Shown here: positions 19,059-28,508 of the stretch, in pieces
Layout: each line of letters opens with the position of its first letter
How positions within the stretch are numbered: the first letter of the stretch is position 1
Source of the DNA: an uncultured Deinococcales bacterium
GTDB lineage: Bacteria > Deinococcota > Deinococci > Deinococcales > JAAFIG01
Length of the DNA stretch: 56,287 bases
Assembly (NCBI GenBank): GCA_964244895.1
Contig: CAXTKV010000005.1
Location: 1 to 56,287 of the forward strand
Direction of reading: 5' to 3'
Notes under the pieces: generated by a model
What the model saw: only the letters and a program-made list of their open reading frames with translations
Database searches by the model: none
Told to the model about the DNA's origin: nothing
Made by a program: the position numbers and the translations under genes

Positions 19059-19922
19059 ATGTCAACATCAGCATGTTCAACCGAGAACGGGTCAATCGCT
19101 TCCGGACGCGAGACTCCAAAGGTCCGGCTCCTCGAAGATCAAAAGCTTTTGCCCGGGGTCGTCACCGCCGTTCGAGCGGCGGGTCAACGCCTGCTCGAAC
19201 GCTTCAGCCCCGATGCGCGCATCGGCGGCCTCGAGGATCTGATCGCCGCGCTTCACGCCAACGATCAAGCATCGCTGGACGTGCTGCGCGAAGCGTTGAC
19301 CGAGCTTCGTCCCACGGCCGGTTGGGAGGAGGACGAAGAGGAAGGCGGAGCCCTGCCGTCCGGTGAATGGTGGGTCACGGATCCGGTTGAGGGCAACGTC
19401 AACCACCTTCACGGCCTGAGCGACTGGGGCGTGACCGCGACCCTCGTACGCGATAACAGCCCAGTGCTGACGGTGGTGTGCCTGCCGTTGACCGGTGAAA
19501 CCTACACCGCAGTCCGGGGCGGTGGCGCGCACCAAAACGGCGTGCGCTTGCAGCCATCCACAAAAACGAATCTGAAGGCGGCGCTGGTCGGAACCGGGCA
19601 GGCGAAACCCGGCGAGGACGCGTTAACGTACCGCCGCATCGGACAGTCGGTGAGCGCGATGCTCGAGAACGCTTTGGTTCTGCGGGTCTCCGTGCCAGCG
19701 ACGCTGCAATTGATTCACGTGGCGGCAGGACGAAGCGATGTCTTCTGGCAGTACAGCCGGGTGCGTTCGGGATTGCTGGCCGGTGCGCTGCTGGTTGAGG
19801 AGGCCGGAGGCGCGGTCACGGACACGCGCGGCAACCCGTGGAATCTCGAGAGCAAAGATTTTCTGGCCAGCGCACCGGGCGTGCATTCGGCCGCCGTCGA
19901 GATTCTTCGCGCTATTCATTGA
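19059..19922 (+). CDS. Inositol monophosphatase/CysQ (FIG) family phosphatase
   Basis: WVTDPVEGNVN (variant DPxDG), VAAGRSDVFW, AGALLVEEAGGAVTD. Confidence 0.85.
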   Translation: MSTSACSTENGSIASGRETPKVRLLEDQKLLPGVVTAVRAAGQRLLERFSPDARIGGLEDLIAALHANDQASLDVLREALTELRPTAGWEEDEEEGGALPSGEWWVTDPVEGNVNHLHGLSDWGVTATLVRDNSPVLTVVCLPLTGETYTAVRGGGAHQNGVRLQPSTKTNLKAALVGTGQAKPGEDALTYRRIGQSVSAMLENALVLRVSVPATLQLIHVAAGRSDVFWQYSRVRSGLLAGALLVEEAGGAVTDTRGNPWNLESKDFLASAPGVHSAAVEILRAIH

Positions 19923-19982
19923 TCGGTACTCGGACAGCAAAAATCAATCGACGCGGGTATCAACGCAACACAGGAGCACACC

Positions 19983-20624
19983 ATGAGCCACATCGGAATT
20001 CTTGGATCGGGCAGGGTCGCTACCGTTCTCGCCAGCAAACTCTCGAGCGCCGGACATGACATCGGCATCGGAACCCGAGATATGGCCAAGGCATCGGCAC
20101 ACTGGAAGGGTCCAGCCGTGACGTTCGACGATCTGCGAGACACCGCACGCCACGCCTCGATCGTCGTCAATGCCACGCCCGGCGAAACCTCGCTCGAGAC
20201 TTTAAGCGCCCTGAAAGCGGAATTGGACGGCAAGATCCTGATCGACGTTTCCAACGCCACAGAGCGCGGCGAAAACGGAATGCCGGGAAACCTCATGTAC
20301 CCGAACTCGAGCCTCGCCGAGCACCTTCAAGCGGCCCTTCCCGCTACGTTCGTCGTCAAGACGCTCAACACCATGCTGTTCACAGTCATGGGTGATCCGC
20401 AATCTCTGAAGGTACCCCCAACGGCTTTCGTGTCCGGGAACGACGAGAACGCGAAAGCCGTCGTCAGCGGATTGCTAGGCGATCTGGGCTGGCCGAGGGA
20501 TTGGATCGAAGACCTGGGTGGGATCTCGAGCGCTCGAGGCGTGGAAGCGATCATGCTGCTCGTGCCGCATATCATCCGCAGCCGAGGATTTTCGCCCTTC
20601 GCGTTCGCGCTGGCCGTTTCGTGA
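19983..20624 (+). CDS. NADPH-dependent F420 reductase-like oxidoreductase
   Basis: IGILGSGRVA, LDGKILIDVSN, SLAE, VVKTLNT, DLGGISSAR. Confidence 0.85.
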   Translation: MSHIGILGSGRVATVLASKLSSAGHDIGIGTRDMAKASAHWKGPAVTFDDLRDTARHASIVVNATPGETSLETLSALKAELDGKILIDVSNATERGENGMPGNLMYPNSSLAEHLQAALPATFVVKTLNTMLFTVMGDPQSLKVPPTAFVSGNDENAKAVVSGLLGDLGWPRDWIEDLGGISSARGVEAIMLLVPHIIRSRGFSPFAFALAVS

Positions 20625-20711
20625 TTCCCCGAAAACACCGAGCGAACTGGATCGGTGTGAACAACCCCGTCGTTTCAACTCGAGAATTCCACTAGTACAA
20701 GACCACGGTGA

Positions 20712-21350
20712 TTACTGATCTTTCTCGAAGGTCGCGTACAACCGCTCGAACTTGACCCGCGCCGCCTCCGTGCTGAACCACCAATCCACTGAAACCTTAC
20801 GAGCGTTCCGCTCCGAGGTCCATGCGTCTGCCACCACCCGCAAGCCCTCAAAACGACCAATCCGCCGCCCCAGACACTGCCGCTCAAACACCGACCACTC
20901 GAGTTCCGCCATGTTCAACCAGCTTCCGTGCTTGGGCGTGAAATGAAACTCGAGCTTCTTGGTTAACGCTCGAGCCTCCACTGGCGGCAACGACTGGTAC
21001 AAGGCCGCAGGCGAGTGCGTCGAGAGGTTATCCAACACCACACGAATCACTTCCGCTTTCGGGTAGTCCGCCACCAACCGCTGCATCTGCGTTGCAAAAT
21101 CCTGAGCGGTGCGCCGTTCGGTCACACTGATCGTGCGTTGCCCCGTGTGCGCCTCAAACGCGATGAACAGGTTCACCGTGCCACAACGCTTGTACTCGTA
21201 ATCCTCACGCCTGGATTGCCCTGATTCGGCTGGTAAGGCGTCCTGCACGTCCTGGAGGAGTTGGTAGGGTTTCTCGTCGAAGTTCACCACCGGACGCTTG
21301 GGGTCGTAAGCTTCAGCGTACAAGTCCAGAACGTCCTCCATGCGCCACAC
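20712..21350 (-). CDS. IS630 transposase OrfB (DDE)
   Basis: FDEKPYQL, DYEYKRCGT, VLDNLSTH, TPKHGSWLNMAELE. Confidence 0.92.
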   Translation of the reverse strand: MWRMEDVLDLYAEAYDPKRPVVNFDEKPYQLLQDVQDALPAESGQSRREDYEYKRCGTVNLFIAFEAHTGQRTISVTERRTAQDFATQMQRLVADYPKAEVIRVVLDNLSTHSPAALYQSLPPVEARALTKKLEFHFTPKHGSWLNMAELEWSVFERQCLGRRIGRFEGLRVVADAWTSERNARKVSVDWWFSTEAARVKFERLYATFEKDQ

Positions 21351-21361
21351 GAAGTCAGGCG

Positions 21362-21835
21362 TTACCTGGCTGATGCACCAGGCGCGTTTCTGCCACGGTT
21401 TGAGATCGTTTTTTTGAGGGTGCGCCGCACGGTTTCGTCGCTGATCGAATCCACCACCTCGAGTTCGACCAGGCGATCAGAAAGCAGTTGCATTGTCCAG
21501 CTTTCGCGCTCGTCGGGCGGGGCGCCGCAGGCGAGCGCGATCAGCACGGCTTCTTGTTTGGCATCAAGTTTGGGTGTCGCGCCGGGTCGGGGTTTCTCGC
21601 TGAGGGCCGCTTCGAGTCCTTGCTGATTGAAGCGCTTGCGAGTGGCTTTGATGGTGGCAGGGCTGACTTGGAGGGCGTGGGCGACCTCCTTGTCCTCGCG
21701 GTCCTCGCTGGCGAGTAGCAGGATGCGGGCGCGGGTCATGACGCGCGCTTTGGCATGGCCTTTCTTGGTCAGGTTTTTGAGGTGCTGGCGCTGCTGGTTG
21801 TTGAGTTTGACGGGGTAAAGCTTAGGTCGTCCCAT
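21362..21835 (-). CDS. IS630 transposase OrfA (HTH), joined to OrfB by a probable -1 frameshift at A7 (21409-21415)
   Basis: RARILLLA, PRPGA.PKL, WTMQLL, ISDETVRRTLKK. Confidence 0.88.
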   Translation of the reverse strand: MGRPKLYPVKLNNQQRQHLKNLTKKGHAKARVMTRARILLLASEDREDKEVAHALQVSPATIKATRKRFNQQGLEAALSEKPRPGATPKLDAKQEAVLIALACGAPPDERESWTMQLLSDRLVELEVVDSISDETVRRTLKKTISNRGRNAPGASAR

Positions 21836-22189
21836 ACTTTAGTTTAAGGCTAGAATCCACCGTGGTTGTCTACTAGAAGCACTGGATTACCCGAGGACTC
21901 GAACGGGAGTTGATCGTCAGTCCGGGCGGAACGCATTCGCTCAAACGCGCCGCTCGATTGCGATGTGCGATCAAATCGACTTTAGAATGGGCGGCATCCC
22001 CCGAACGATGAGAAGTAATTTCTTTGTCTGAGAGCGCAATCTCGAGATTTGCGTTCCGGCAAAAACAACCACGATTTGATATGATCCATACAATCTGTTG
22101 TACGAACCAGAGCAGCCGCTCAGTTGAGGTCGCCATCGGCAAACGCAAAGCATGAGCACCCGAGTACAAACTCTACGCCAAGTCAAGAC

Positions 22190-22470
22190 TGTGCGGTCGG
22201 TTCGTTCAGAGCGTAAAACCGCTCCTCGAACACCAACGGTGACAGGACGCCAAGGCGCGCGTACCGACGCTCAAGGTTGTACCGAACCTCGACCCACTGC
22301 AAGATGATCGCTCGAGCTTCAGTCCTCGAGCCGAGCGGTTCTCGAGATCCAACGTGCATTTGAGCGAAGCCCAAAAGCGCTCAACAGCATTGACCTGATC
22401 GTCTCCTGCCCGATGCACCCTCTAAACTGCTTCGAGCCGAGCCAACACCCGTCGGAAGTTGAGCGGCGCG
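22190..22470 (-). pseudogene. IS3-family transposase C-terminal (rve) remnant
   Basis: RAGDDQVNAVERFWASLK; RTEARAIILQWVEVRYNLERRYARLGVLSPLVFE; frameshifted. Confidence 0.8.
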
Positions 22471-22493
22471 ACGGGCCATGATTTTTGCAGCCA

Positions 22494-23252
22494 TCACCAA
22501 AGGGTGTAGCCACCATCCGCGACGACAATCGCTCCGGTCATCAGGCTCGAGGCATCCGAGGCCAGGAACAAAACGATGGATGCGATCTCGTGCGTTTGTC
22601 CGACCCGGCCCAGCGGGGTGTTGCTCAACCAGACCCGTGTCGTTTCAACATCGCTCTCGAGAGCGAAGGCGTTCATGGGCGTTTCAATGAAACCAGGCGC
22701 GATCGCATTGACCCTGATGCCGCGCGGAGCCCACTCTGCGGCGAGCGACTTGGTAACGTGATGCACACCCGCTTTCGAGGCGTTGTAATGCACGTTTTTC
22801 TGCGGGCGAACCACGATCTCGCCCGCCATCGATCCGATGTTGACGATGCTTCCAGACCCGCGCTCGAGCATCTTGCGACCAAACGCTTGAGCGCACCAGA
22901 AGACCGCATTGAGGTTGACGTTCATGACGGCGTGCCATTCGGATTCGGTGATGTCCTCGCCCGCCGTTTGCCGCCCGATCCCCGCGTTGTTGACGAGCAC
23001 ATCCAGCGGTTCCAAACGTTCGGCGAGCGCCGCGACCGCCCGCCGGTCGGTCACGTCCAGTCGCTCAAACGAAACGGGTTTTCCCGTCCATCGCGCTCGG
23101 GCCGCATCGAGGTTGGCAAGATTAAAGTCAACAACCGTGACCGTCGCGCCCGCCTCGAGCAGCGCATCCACAGAGGCCGCGCCGATTCCACTGGCACCAC
23201 CCGTGACCAACGCTTGGCGTCCATCGAGTCTGAGTTTCTTGAAATATTCCAT
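22494..23252 (-). CDS. SDR polyol dehydrogenase (galactitol/xylulose-reductase-like)
   Basis: TGGASGIG, NNAG, YNASK, RVNAIAPG. Confidence 0.88.
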   Translation of the reverse strand: MEYFKKLRLDGRQALVTGGASGIGAASVDALLEAGATVTVVDFNLANLDAARARWTGKPVSFERLDVTDRRAVAALAERLEPLDVLVNNAGIGRQTAGEDITESEWHAVMNVNLNAVFWCAQAFGRKMLERGSGSIVNIGSMAGEIVVRPQKNVHYNASKAGVHHVTKSLAAEWAPRGIRVNAIAPGFIETPMNAFALESDVETTRVWLSNTPLGRVGQTHEIASIVLFLASDASSLMTGAIVVADGGYTLW

Positions 23253-23265
23253 GTCTTGTCCTCCG

Positions 23266-24222
23266 TTAAGCATCTGTTGCCAATTTCAGGGCGAGGCTTG
23301 CTGCACCAACCAGTCCACTGTTGTCCCCCAGGGTCGCAGGAACCACGGGCACGTCTTTGAATGGGGCCATGGCGTCGCGCCGGATGACCGCATGTATCCC
23401 CTCGGAGAGCAAATCAAACGCCCGTGCCACGCCCCCGCCCATGACCAAGCGCTCTGGACTGAACAGGTGAATCAACCCGGTGAAGCCGACACCGAGGTAC
23501 TCCGCCTCTTCCTCGAGCAGGACGAGGCATTCGCTATCGTGGTCACGTGCCCCTTCGACGACGTGATGCGCCTCGAGTCGCTCGGACTCGGATTTCATCC
23601 CGAGGAATCCCGAAGGATTTCCAAGCGCAACCGCCCGCGCACGCTTGCCGAGGGCGGTGCCTGCGGCGACGGCCTCAAAACACCCCGCGGTGCTACAGGA
23701 GCAGGCAGGGCCATTGGGCACGAGCCGAAAATGACCGACGTGGGCTGCCATGCCGCGCCGCCCGCGCATCAAGCGACCATCGACCACGACACCACCGCCG
23801 ATACCGGTGCTGACCGTCACATAAACCAGGTGCTCGAGTCCAACCCCTGCGCCGTACTGCCACTCGCCGTAGGCGGCGGCGATGCCATCGTTCTCGAGCA
23901 CGGCAGGTCGTTTGAAGGCTTCTCCCAGCTGGTCCAGGAGCGGAAATTGTTCCCATCCGGGCAAGGTGGGAATGTGATCGACGATGCCCGTCACGGTGTC
24001 GAGCGGACCCGGCGCACAGAGGCCCACGGCCACAACACGCTCGAGGGCGCCCTCGATGCAGACCCGCGATGCGAGGGTACGAAATTGTGCCATCACCGCC
24101 TCCGGGCCACCGCTCACATCGGTTCGCACCGACGAGCGCCGCAGCACCTTCCCAGCCTGCACGAGCGCGGCGCGAACCCGCGTCCCGCCCAAATCCAGGC
24201 CGATTGAAAGCCGGTGATTCAT
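23266..24222 (-). CDS. ROK-family sugar kinase
   Basis: GLDLGGT, LENDG, STGIGGG, CSCSTAGCFE; no HTH. Confidence 0.9.
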   Translation of the reverse strand: MNHRLSIGLDLGGTRVRAALVQAGKVLRRSSVRTDVSGGPEAVMAQFRTLASRVCIEGALERVVAVGLCAPGPLDTVTGIVDHIPTLPGWEQFPLLDQLGEAFKRPAVLENDGIAAAYGEWQYGAGVGLEHLVYVTVSTGIGGGVVVDGRLMRGRRGMAAHVGHFRLVPNGPACSCSTAGCFEAVAAGTALGKRARAVALGNPSGFLGMKSESERLEAHHVVEGARDHDSECLVLLEEEAEYLGVGFTGLIHLFSPERLVMGGGVARAFDLLSEGIHAVIRRDAMAPFKDVPVVPATLGDNSGLVGAASLALKLATDA

Positions 24223-24941
24223 GCCGACTCGCCTTTCTCCGGCGCGTGAACCCAGGCCATGCGCTCGGCGAAGTGCTCGGCGTTGAAGGCGAGTGACCCC
24301 ATGACGATGGTTTTCGCCCCAGCCCGACGCAGGCCCGGAACCGTGTGCTCGCGAATGCCACCATCGGCGGCCAGCAGCACGCGATGGCTTGCGGCAGTGT
24401 CAATCGAGGCAGCGGCGATCAAGGCGCTCGCTTCGCGCAACCGCGGCTCGGCCCGCGCGTCCAAACCCTGACCTTTGATGCCGATTCGGGTGCCGAGGAG
24501 CGTCAACATCCCGATGCGATCCAGGTGCGCGGTCGCTGCCGCGACCGGCGTTGCGAGTTGCAGCACGATCCCGGACACCAAGCCCAAATCCGCGATCAAG
24601 GCCAAGGCAGGTTCGAGCTTACCGTTCTCGGCATGAATGCTGATCAGGTCCGCGCCCGCATCGGCAAACTGCCGAATCTGATCCTCGAGGATGGCGTCCG
24701 TCACCATCAGGTGAACGTGCAACGGCTTTTTGGTGTGTTTCCGGCAGACCGCCACGAGGTCCGGAAAAAAAAGCAGCATCGGGGAAAAATGCCCGTCTGC
24801 CGCGTCAATGTGGTACAGGTCGGCAAGCGAATCCACACGGGCCATCTCTTCGGCCAAACGTCCGAGGTCGGCAGACCACAGCGAGAGTTCAGCCACCAGC
24901 CTGTTCGTGGGCAAATGCTCGAGCCAGTTCGCGGCGGCCAT
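24219..24941 (-). CDS. Ribulose-phosphate 3-epimerase family protein
   Basis: HIDAADGHF, HVHLM, ADGGIR, VMGS. Confidence 0.88.
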   Translation of the reverse strand: MAAANWLEHLPTNRLVAELSLWSADLGRLAEEMARVDSLADLYHIDAADGHFSPMLLFFPDLVAVCRKHTKKPLHVHLMVTDAILEDQIRQFADAGADLISIHAENGKLEPALALIADLGLVSGIVLQLATPVAAATAHLDRIGMLTLLGTRIGIKGQGLDARAEPRLREASALIAAASIDTAASHRVLLAADGGIREHTVPGLRRAGAKTIVMGSLAFNAEHFAERMAWVHAPEKGESA

Positions 24942-24942
24942 A

Positions 24943-25746
24943 TCAACGCTCCTTCAGAAAAGAGGCCAGCGCATCACGAAAATCGTTGCGGTAGGCTTCC
25001 GGGTTCAGCGCCTTCGGGGTGATTTGAACGAGGCGAGCCCTGGGAATCCAAGCAGAGAGCGTGCGGGCAAACGCCAGCGGATGCACTGCATCGAGTTCGT
25101 GCCCGATGACCAACGTCGGCAGCGTGAGTTTGCGAACCTGGGGCTCCGTGATTCCTGGCCCGTCAGCGGAAATTCGGCACAGCAATTCTGCCGTAGTTTC
25201 GCGTGGTGTTCGAGCGAAAAAACCCCGCAAGGACGCGAGGTTGTCCGGCCCAGCGACGCTCAAGCGCGCCGCCGTATCTGATGCCTCGAACCGCGCTCGA
25301 GCCACGGTTGACGAATGCTCGCGCAAGAGTTGCCCGACCAGCGCGTTTGGCTGCATGTTCTCCGGGTTGGGATCAGCGAGCCAAGCCGGTCGCGCCAGCA
25401 CCAACGCACCGATCAATTCTGGCCTGGTTACGGCGAGCCGCAACGAAATCGCGGCCCCCATCGAGATGCCGCCAACCACGGGCTTCTCGAGGCTCGATCG
25501 TTCGATGACATCGGCCAGGTCATCGGCGAAGGTGGCGATCAAAAAATCATCGGGCGATCCAGCTTCCGAGCGTCCGTGAGCACGGCACTCGAGGGTCAGG
25601 CAACGCCAACCGAGACCATCGGGGAACACCTGCGCGGGCTGGGCGGCGTCCCCACATAGCCCGTGCTGAAATACTACGGGCCTGCCGCTGCCGGTTTCGG
25701 CGATTGAAAGCTTGAGGCCAGGTCTGGCGTGGATGAACCAGTTCAC
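24943..25746 (-). CDS. Alpha/beta hydrolase
   Basis: FQHGLCG, GISMG nucleophile elbow, PTLVIG..D.VHP. Confidence 0.85.
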   Translation of the reverse strand: MNWFIHARPGLKLSIAETGSGRPVVFQHGLCGDAAQPAQVFPDGLGWRCLTLECRAHGRSEAGSPDDFLIATFADDLADVIERSSLEKPVVGGISMGAAISLRLAVTRPELIGALVLARPAWLADPNPENMQPNALVGQLLREHSSTVARARFEASDTAARLSVAGPDNLASLRGFFARTPRETTAELLCRISADGPGITEPQVRKLTLPTLVIGHELDAVHPLAFARTLSAWIPRARLVQITPKALNPEAYRNDFRDALASFLKER

Positions 25747-26582
25747 ATTGCGCTTTTCTCTTGCCTCAAGATGTCCCCCAAGAATGCCGCAACGCCCGCC
25801 GCTTCATGAGCTTCGAGACCGTGCGCGACGAGGCTTCCGGCAAACCCGGCACGCTCGAGCACGGCGAGGTAATGCCGAAAGTCGATCACGCCCCGTCCCG
25901 CCGTCGCAAAGCTGCCATCAGCCTGGCGGTCCTTGGCGTGGGCCATTTCGATTCGATCAGCCAGCAAGTCCACGGATTTCTCAATGATCGCCCTGCGCTC
26001 CTCAATGCTTTCTTGTTCAAAAAGGTTCGCGGCATCGAGGACGATGCGGATGCGGTCGCTGCCCATCGAATCGATCAGCCTGCGTGCCCGCCGGGCTGAA
26101 CTGACCACATTGGCGAGTTCTGGCTCAACGCCAATCAGGATGTCATGGCGTTCGGCCATCTCGAGCAATAGCTCGAACTCCTGGCACAGTCGAGTCCAGG
26201 CCGCCTCGGTGTCGTTGTCTGGGTGATGGCGCCACTGGTCACGCACGTCGCCACTTCCCGTGCAGACAGTCAAGAGGCTCGTTCCCATGCGCGAGGCGGC
26301 TGCGGCGATGGTCCCGAAGCTGTGGCGTCCGGCCTCACGGATCGAGGGCTCGGGATGAATCATGTTGTAGGTGGCAGAAACGGCGGCAACCGCGACGCCG
26401 GTTCGTGTGGATGCCTCGAGCACGGCGTCCGCCACGCTCGACTCGATCACCCTCGGGAGCGCACCGATGCCAGAGCAGGCCATGTTGTACTGCACGGACG
26501 CGTATCCCGCATCTTCTGCGGCCTCGAGCACCGCTTGCGGGGTCGCGCCTGGAAAGGTCTTGGCGAAGATGCCGAGTTTCAT
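25743..26582 (-). CDS. Sugar phosphate isomerase/epimerase (xylose-isomerase-like TIM barrel)
   Basis: GVEPELAN, VLDAAN, AHAKDR, AGRGVID. Confidence 0.85.
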   Translation of the reverse strand: MKLGIFAKTFPGATPQAVLEAAEDAGYASVQYNMACSGIGALPRVIESSVADAVLEASTRTGVAVAAVSATYNMIHPEPSIREAGRHSFGTIAAAASRMGTSLLTVCTGSGDVRDQWRHHPDNDTEAAWTRLCQEFELLLEMAERHDILIGVEPELANVVSSARRARRLIDSMGSDRIRIVLDAANLFEQESIEERRAIIEKSVDLLADRIEMAHAKDRQADGSFATAGRGVIDFRHYLAVLERAGFAGSLVAHGLEAHEAAGVAAFLGDILRQEKSAM

Positions 26583-27670
26583 CGCACCTCCCCGCTGACG
26601 TCGGCGAGCCGCACCGACTTGCCCGTTCTCGCCGATTCCATGACCGCAACCATGCCGCGTACCGAGGCGATCCCATCGTCAATGCCCGCCCCGAGCATCG
26701 CTGCGCCGGTCAAGATCGTGTCGGCGAAACCCTCGAGCTGGCGACGGTAAAAGTGTCCATCGGCCCCGAGCACCCGCGTGGTCTCGCCGGTTTCTTCGCG
26801 GAAAATATCCACCTCGCTCGTCTTGAACAGCCAGGGGTTGAACGTCTTGCCGAGGATGCTGCCGTGCTGACCGTATATCTGGAAACCCTCATGCCAGTCC
26901 ATCCGCACGGCCACGGTCAAGTCGAGGTGTCCCATCGCACCATTGGCGAATTCAACGTCGATGAACCAACCGTACGCGCCGAAGCGATGGCGCAAACGCG
27001 CCTCGACTTCCAGGATTTCGCCAGCGAAATGGCGGGCCGTATCGAGCAGGTGACAGCCGTGCGCCAGCATGTAATAGCGGGCGAGGTCCGCTTTGGGATC
27101 GCCGCTCGGACGTCTGGCTTTGCTGCTCTTGACGATCAACGGTTGCACCGCATCGGTCACGGCGTAACGGTGGGTCGAATCGCAATACCAGGCTTTCATG
27201 GAGAGCATCTCGCCCAGGCCACCCTCGATGAACGCCTTGGCGCTCTGCAAGCCCGCATCGAAGCGTTTCATGTGACCGACCTGCAGCACCTTACCGCTCT
27301 GCTCCACCTCGAGTTTGAGCATTTCGGCCTCTTCAACCGAGACGGCCACTGGCTTCTCACAGAGCACGTGCTTCCCGGCCCGCAATGCGCTCATCGACGC
27401 TGGCACGTGGAACACATCTGAGGTGCCGATGATGACCGCCTCGAGTTCCGGGTCGGCGAGCATCGCATCGTAATCGCTGAAGGCCTTGCGCGGCGCGTGG
27501 GTCGCGGCCATGCGCTCACGCAAATCATCGGCGACATCGCAGATCGCGTAAAGTTCGGCGTTGCGGGCTTTGGTGGCGCTCTCGAAATGGGCGGACTGGG
27601 AGATCGGGCCGCACCCGAGCACACCGACCTTGAGACGACGATTTTCACTGTTCATGGCAATCACCTGCAT
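26579..27670 (-). CDS. Gfo/Idh/MocA oxidoreductase
   Basis: VGVLGCGPIS, AGKHVLCEKP, GHMKRFD. Confidence 0.92.
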   Translation of the reverse strand: MQVIAMNSENRRLKVGVLGCGPISQSAHFESATKARNAELYAICDVADDLRERMAATHAPRKAFSDYDAMLADPELEAVIIGTSDVFHVPASMSALRAGKHVLCEKPVAVSVEEAEMLKLEVEQSGKVLQVGHMKRFDAGLQSAKAFIEGGLGEMLSMKAWYCDSTHRYAVTDAVQPLIVKSSKARRPSGDPKADLARYYMLAHGCHLLDTARHFAGEILEVEARLRHRFGAYGWFIDVEFANGAMGHLDLTVAVRMDWHEGFQIYGQHGSILGKTFNPWLFKTSEVDIFREETGETTRVLGADGHFYRRQLEGFADTILTGAAMLGAGIDDGIASVRGMVAVMESARTGKSVRLADVSGEVR

Positions 27671-27724
27671 TCAGAAAAGTAGGCTTTTTGGGGTTCTCGA
27701 GGGCTGGACGATTGGCGTTCGATT

Positions 27725-28501
27725 TCAACTCAACACGTTCCCACCGTCAACGTTCAAGGTCTGACCGACGATGTATTCGGCCTCGCTCGAGGCGAGGAAC
27801 ACGACCGCCGAGGCAATCTCGTCCGGCGTGCCCATCCGCCCGTAGGGCACGGTCAGACCAACCTCGCGCCGCTTTGCACCCGGCTCGAGTCCAAACTGCT
27901 GGGCGTAGAGCGTGTCTACGCGATCCCACATCGCCGTTTCGACCACACCGGGTGAGACGGCGTTGACTCGGACGCGGTATCTGATCAAAGCGAGGGCCGC
28001 CGAGCGGGTCAAGCTGATCACCGCCGCCTTGGTCGCGGCGTACACGGACGAGAACGGCTCGCCGATCTGACCAGCCTGCGAAGCCATGTTGACGATGCAA
28101 CCACCCTGCCCGTCTTGAACCATCAGCCGCGCCACGGCCTGTTGCACGAAGAACACACCCTCGACGTTGATTCGAAACAAGTGCTCGAAGCTTTCCGGTG
28201 TGACCTCGAGCAGCGGAGCCATGTCGAAGATTGCGGCATTGTTGACGAGGATATCGATGCGTCCGGCGCGCAGGGCCGCCTGTTGGACGACAGACCCGAT
28301 GGTTTCAATCGCACCTGCATCCAGCCTGGTGGCGAACGAACCGTTGCCGATCTCGGCGGCGGCCCCATTTGCTCCAGCGTCGTCGATGTCGGCCACGACA
28401 ACGCGCGCTCCACGCTCCGCGAGGGCCTGTGCGACTGACCGCCCGATGCCATTTGCCGCGCCCGTCACGAGCGCAGTCTTGCCCTCGAGTGAATGAATCA
28501 T
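27725..28501 (-). CDS. SDR, sorbitol (L-iditol) dehydrogenase-like
   Basis: TGAANGIG, NNAAIFDMAP, NMASQAG, YAATK, GQTLNVDGGN. Confidence 0.88.
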   Translation of the reverse strand: MIHSLEGKTALVTGAANGIGRSVAQALAERGARVVVADIDDAGANGAAAEIGNGSFATRLDAGAIETIGSVVQQAALRAGRIDILVNNAAIFDMAPLLEVTPESFEHLFRINVEGVFFVQQAVARLMVQDGQGGCIVNMASQAGQIGEPFSSVYAATKAAVISLTRSAALALIRYRVRVNAVSPGVVETAMWDRVDTLYAQQFGLEPGAKRREVGLTVPYGRMGTPDEIASAVVFLASSEAEYIVGQTLNVDGGNVLS

Positions 28502-28508
28502 GATTTCC

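Larger units (their letters stand above)
20695..21873 (-). mobile_element. IS630-family element, apparently intact
   Basis: Imperfect IRs GTACAAGACCACGGTGATT / GTAGACAACCACGGTGGATT, TA duplication in CTAG, two-ORF transposase. Confidence 0.92.
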
